From an uncultured Candidatus Saccharibacteria bacterium (GTDB lineage: Bacteria > Patescibacteriota > Minisyncoccia > Phycocordibacterales > UBA918): a DNA stretch of 64,000 bases. The DNA lies in the NCBI GenBank assembly GCA_964643955.1, contig CAZXUO010000001.1:78314-142313 (forward strand), read 5' to 3'. Of this stretch, positions 60,500 to 64,000 are shown in pieces; the stretch's first letter is position 1, and each line of letters starts with the position of its first letter. Under the pieces are notes generated by a model. It searched no databases and had not been told where the DNA came from. It was given only the letters and a program-made list of their open reading frames with translations. The position numbers were made by a program, and so were the translations under genes.

Positions 60500-61357
60500 A
60501 TGGACTATCCTATATATGAAGTAACGCCGGAAGCGTTTCCGGGAGCACTCACGGAAATCCCCGACCCTCCCAAAAAACTCTCCATCCGCGGCACACTCCC
60601 CCCAAAAGAGCATGTACTACTCGCCGTTGTCGGCTCACGCGCCTACAGCACTTACGGCAGACAAGCAGTCGAGACGCTCATTGGCGGACTTTCTGGCTAC
60701 CCCATCACAATCGTCTCAGGCCTTGCAATCGGCATTGACGCGCTCGCGCACAAGACCGCGCTTGCGCATCGCATCAACACAATCGCCGTGCCCGGATCAG
60801 GGATCAGTGACGCAGTGCTCTATCCTCGACAAAATAAAAGTCTCGCACGCGATATCCTCCAAAGTGGCGGCGCGCTCCTCTCAGAGTTTGCACCTGATTT
60901 CCGCGCAGTGCACTGGTCATTCCCACAACGCAATCGCATCATGGCTGGCATCGCACGCGCAACACTCGTTGTCGAAGCTACGTTAAAATCAGGCACGCTC
61001 ATCACCGCACGTCTCGCGGCCGACTACAACCGCGATCTTCTCGTCGTTCCGGGTTCTATCTTTTCTGAAAATAGCAAAGGTCCACACTTATTTATGAGGA
61101 TAGGTGCAACTCCTATCACTTCGCCAGAAGACCTCCTCGAAGCACTCGGCTTTTCACCCGAAAAGCCGAGTGCAAAGCAACTCGACCTCTCGCCAGCAGA
61201 GCAAAAAATATACGACGCACTGCAGGCCCCTCAAAGCCGTGATGCAATCATCGCCACGCTTGGTATGGCAGCAGAAGAAGCAAACGCTCATCTCATGCTT
61301 ATGGTCCTTCGTGGCCACCTCATCGAAAAAAACAGCATCTATTCACGCGCGCTATAG
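60500..61357 (+). CDS. dprA: DNA-processing protein DprA
   Basis: VVGSR, VSGLAIGIDA, FPQRNRI, SGTLITA. Confidence 0.95.
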   Translation: MDYPIYEVTPEAFPGALTEIPDPPKKLSIRGTLPPKEHVLLAVVGSRAYSTYGRQAVETLIGGLSGYPITIVSGLAIGIDALAHKTALAHRINTIAVPGSGISDAVLYPRQNKSLARDILQSGGALLSEFAPDFRAVHWSFPQRNRIMAGIARATLVVEATLKSGTLITARLAADYNRDLLVVPGSIFSENSKGPHLFMRIGATPITSPEDLLEALGFSPEKPSAKQLDLSPAEQKIYDALQAPQSRDAIIATLGMAAEEANAHLMLMVLRGHLIEKNSIYSRAL

Positions 61358-61443
61358 CCTCAGGAAAGCAGGGCTTTATTCGGGCATATTTTTAGGCTGT
61401 AATTTGACATATTCTCACTTCCCTAGTATTTGTTGTGAAATAC

Positions 61444-63810
61444 ATGGCCACATTAGTTATCGTCGAGTCTCCTGCGAAAGCGAAGACTATCGAAAAGTAT
61501 TTGGGTAAAGGATACCGCGTCAAAGCGTCGGTTGGTCACGTGCGTGATTTGCCCAAAAGCAACAAGGACGCCGTCGATATCGAGGGCGGCTTTATACCGC
61601 GCTACGTCATTTCGCGCGGTAAGGAAGCAGTCATCGAAGACCTGCGAAAAGAGGCAAAGAAAGCAGATGAAGTCCTTCTCGCAACCGACCCCGACCGCGA
61701 AGGTGAGGCAATCGCGTGGCATGTTGCCGAGCTCATCAAGAAGGAAAATAAAAACATCAAGCGCGTGGTCTTTCATGAGATCACCGAGCCTGCAGTAAAA
61801 GAAGCGATCGAGCATCCACGCGCAATCGACCAGCACCTCCGCGAAGCGCAGGAAGCGCGCCGCGTGCTCGATCGCCTCGTGGGGTACGACCTCTCGGGCC
61901 TCATTTGGAAAAAAGTTCGCTACGGACTTTCTGCTGGTCGCGTGCAGTCACCTGCACTCCGTATCATCATGGAGCGCGAGCGAGAAATCCGCGCATTCGT
62001 CCCCGAAGATTTTTGGGTTATTACAGCTGCAACAAAAACCGCGTCAAACGTACCGCTCGCGCTCACCTGCGTCGACGAGCCCCGTGAAGAAAAAATCGTC
62101 AACGATATCCTTGAGAAAGGTAAAAAAGGATCATGGGTAGTTACTGAGGTGAAAGAGACCGAGCAGAAGCGTGTGCCGCGCCCTCCTTTTACGACCTCCA
62201 CGCTCCAGCAGTCTGCGTCGACCCGACTTGGTTTCTCACCGGCGCGTACCATGGGCGCGGCACAAAAGCTTTACGAAGCAGGTCACATCACCTACATGCG
62301 TACCGACAGCACCTCAATGAGTGACATCGCCCAAAAACAAATCATCGCACTTTTGCATGTCGACTACGGAAAGGATTACGTGCAGCCTCGTACATACAAG
62401 ACAAAGAGTAAGTCTGCTCAAGAAGCACACGAAGCCGTACGTCCTACGAATTTTGCAAAGCACTCAGTTGGAGCAACTGACGATCAGAAGCAACTCTACA
62501 AGCTCATTTGGGAGCGTGCGGTCGCCTCACAGATGGCAGACGCGCAAGTGAAGCGCACGAAAATTATTGCAAACACAACCACGCATGATGTACCTGATTT
62601 TGCAACTACCGGATCACGCGTCATGTTTGACGGATGGCTCAAGGTAGATACGCGCGCACGAAGCGAGGACACTGAAGTGCCAAAAGTCGCTCAAGGTGAC
62701 GCACTCACCCTCGTTGATCTTTCAGCGCTCGCAAAACAAACCCAACCTCCGAGCCGCTACACCGAAGCCGGCCTCATCAAGGAGCTCGAGAAGCGCGGTA
62801 TCGGCCGACCGTCGACCTACGCATCGATCATGAAGACCATCATTGATCGCGGGTATGTACTCAAAGAAGGACGCACACTCATGCCGACCGACACGGGCGA
62901 TGTTGTCTCAAGTTTCCTCGAAGAACATTTTGCCGAGTACATCAGCGACACCTTTACAAGTGAAATGGAAAACGAGCTCGACGAAATAGCCGAAGGCGAC
63001 CGCGAGTACGAAAAGACACTCAAAGAATTTTATACTCCGTTTACAAAAGCTGTTGCAGCAAAAGAAAATATTGAAAAGCTCACCACACTCGGTGATGCGC
63101 CGAAAGAATTCCCGTGTCCAAAATGTAAGAGTGAAATGGTCATCAAGCTTGGCCGCGGTGGCAAGTTTCTCTCATGTGGACGATTTCCTGACTGTGATGG
63201 CGCACGCATGATCGACGGCAGCGAGATCAAGGCAGACACTCCGATTGGAACCCATCCTGAAACGGGTGAAGAAATCTACGTACTTGCCGGACGATTTGGT
63301 CCGTACGTACAACTTGGCAAAACTCCTGAAAAGCCAAAAGGTCGTGCGAAAAAAGGCGCACCGAAAGCAGAGACGCCGCGTCGTGCTGGCCTTCCAAAGG
63401 ACAAACGCCCCGAAGACGTCTCGGTCGCCGACGCTGTCCACTACCTCTCACTTCCCCGTGTTCTCGGACAACATCCAGACACCGGCAACGACATCACTGC
63501 AGGCATCGGACGTTTCGGTCCCTTTGTCGTTCATGATGGCGACTTCCGATCACTCAAAGGAAAAGACAATCCATACGATGTCACGCTCAATCGTGCGCTC
63601 GATATTCTTAAAGAAGAAAAGAAAGGCCGCAAAGGAGAAAAAGTGGTAAAAGATCTCGGTCCACACCCGCGCACTCGAAAACCAATCCGAGTACTTGAAT
63701 CAAAATCAGGCAAATTCCTCCGCAAAGGATTTAAGCGCATCTCTATTCCTGATTCTGTAAATATTGATACCTTCACCATCGACGACGCGGTTGAGCTCTT
63801 GAAACAGTAG
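61444..63810 (+). CDS. topA: DNA topoisomerase I
   Basis: IVESPAKAK, DPDREGEAI, SAGRVQS, ITYMRTD, GRPSTY. Confidence 0.97.
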   Translation: MATLVIVESPAKAKTIEKYLGKGYRVKASVGHVRDLPKSNKDAVDIEGGFIPRYVISRGKEAVIEDLRKEAKKADEVLLATDPDREGEAIAWHVAELIKKENKNIKRVVFHEITEPAVKEAIEHPRAIDQHLREAQEARRVLDRLVGYDLSGLIWKKVRYGLSAGRVQSPALRIIMEREREIRAFVPEDFWVITAATKTASNVPLALTCVDEPREEKIVNDILEKGKKGSWVVTEVKETEQKRVPRPPFTTSTLQQSASTRLGFSPARTMGAAQKLYEAGHITYMRTDSTSMSDIAQKQIIALLHVDYGKDYVQPRTYKTKSKSAQEAHEAVRPTNFAKHSVGATDDQKQLYKLIWERAVASQMADAQVKRTKIIANTTTHDVPDFATTGSRVMFDGWLKVDTRARSEDTEVPKVAQGDALTLVDLSALAKQTQPPSRYTEAGLIKELEKRGIGRPSTYASIMKTIIDRGYVLKEGRTLMPTDTGDVVSSFLEEHFAEYISDTFTSEMENELDEIAEGDREYEKTLKEFYTPFTKAVAAKENIEKLTTLGDAPKEFPCPKCKSEMVIKLGRGGKFLSCGRFPDCDGARMIDGSEIKADTPIGTHPETGEEIYVLAGRFGPYVQLGKTPEKPKGRAKKGAPKAETPRRAGLPKDKRPEDVSVADAVHYLSLPRVLGQHPDTGNDITAGIGRFGPFVVHDGDFRSLKGKDNPYDVTLNRALDILKEEKKGRKGEKVVKDLGPHPRTRKPIRVLESKSGKFLRKGFKRISIPDSVNIDTFTIDDAVELLKQ

Positions 63811-63862
63811 CGCGCAGACGCTCAATCTTGTTTTCACTACCTATCGAGACTAGAATGAGCAT

Positions 63863-64000
63863 ATGACCGATCTCCAAAGCATCCTCGCTGTACTCTCCTC
63901 AAATGCCGCAGAAGACCGCGAGCTCATCACGCGTGCATACGAGTGTGCAAAAGCCGCACACGAAGGACACACACGCTATTCTGGCGAACCATATCTTACG
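63863..64000 (+). CDS. RelA/SpoT-family HD-domain protein, partial
   Basis: MTDLQ...ITRAYECAKAAHEGHTRYSGEPYLT; runs off the right edge. Confidence 0.85.
   Translation, partial: MTDLQSILAVLSSNAAEDRELITRAYECAKAAHEGHTRYSGEPYLT

Overview
Gene-dense bacterial chromosome segment, almost all on the minus strand. Gene content and style point to a Patescibacteria/CPR (Parcubacteria-like) genome; this is inference, not a database result. The backbone carries tRNA-Ala(TGC), ddl, uvrC/uvrA/uvrB, tgt, gdhA, a membrane-anchored Clp ATPase, lexA-dinB, tRNA-Gln(CTG), dnaX, dus, serS, dprA, topA and the start of a RelA/SpoT gene, plus many membrane-anchored surface proteins. The most notable region is an ~11 kb island (~36.7-48.1 kb) bounded by gene debris on both sides. 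Its leftward operon encodes a KRxFLK Tat-type signal protein, a large signal-less protein with phage tail-fibre-like motifs, two acidic proteins, tatC and tatA. Its rightward operon encodes a repeat-stalk protein with a C-terminal dockerin and two membrane-anchored cohesin proteins. Together these are a candidate dedicated Tat plus cohesin-dockerin surface appendage system. Other points of interest: an active/dead M14 peptidase pair, a divergent carbonic-anhydrase-like gene upstream of SulP, a reduced UvrA/UvrC, a LexA box, and -10 boxes placed 6-8 nt before many start codons (leaderless-like). All calls come from motif recognition by eye; no searches were run.
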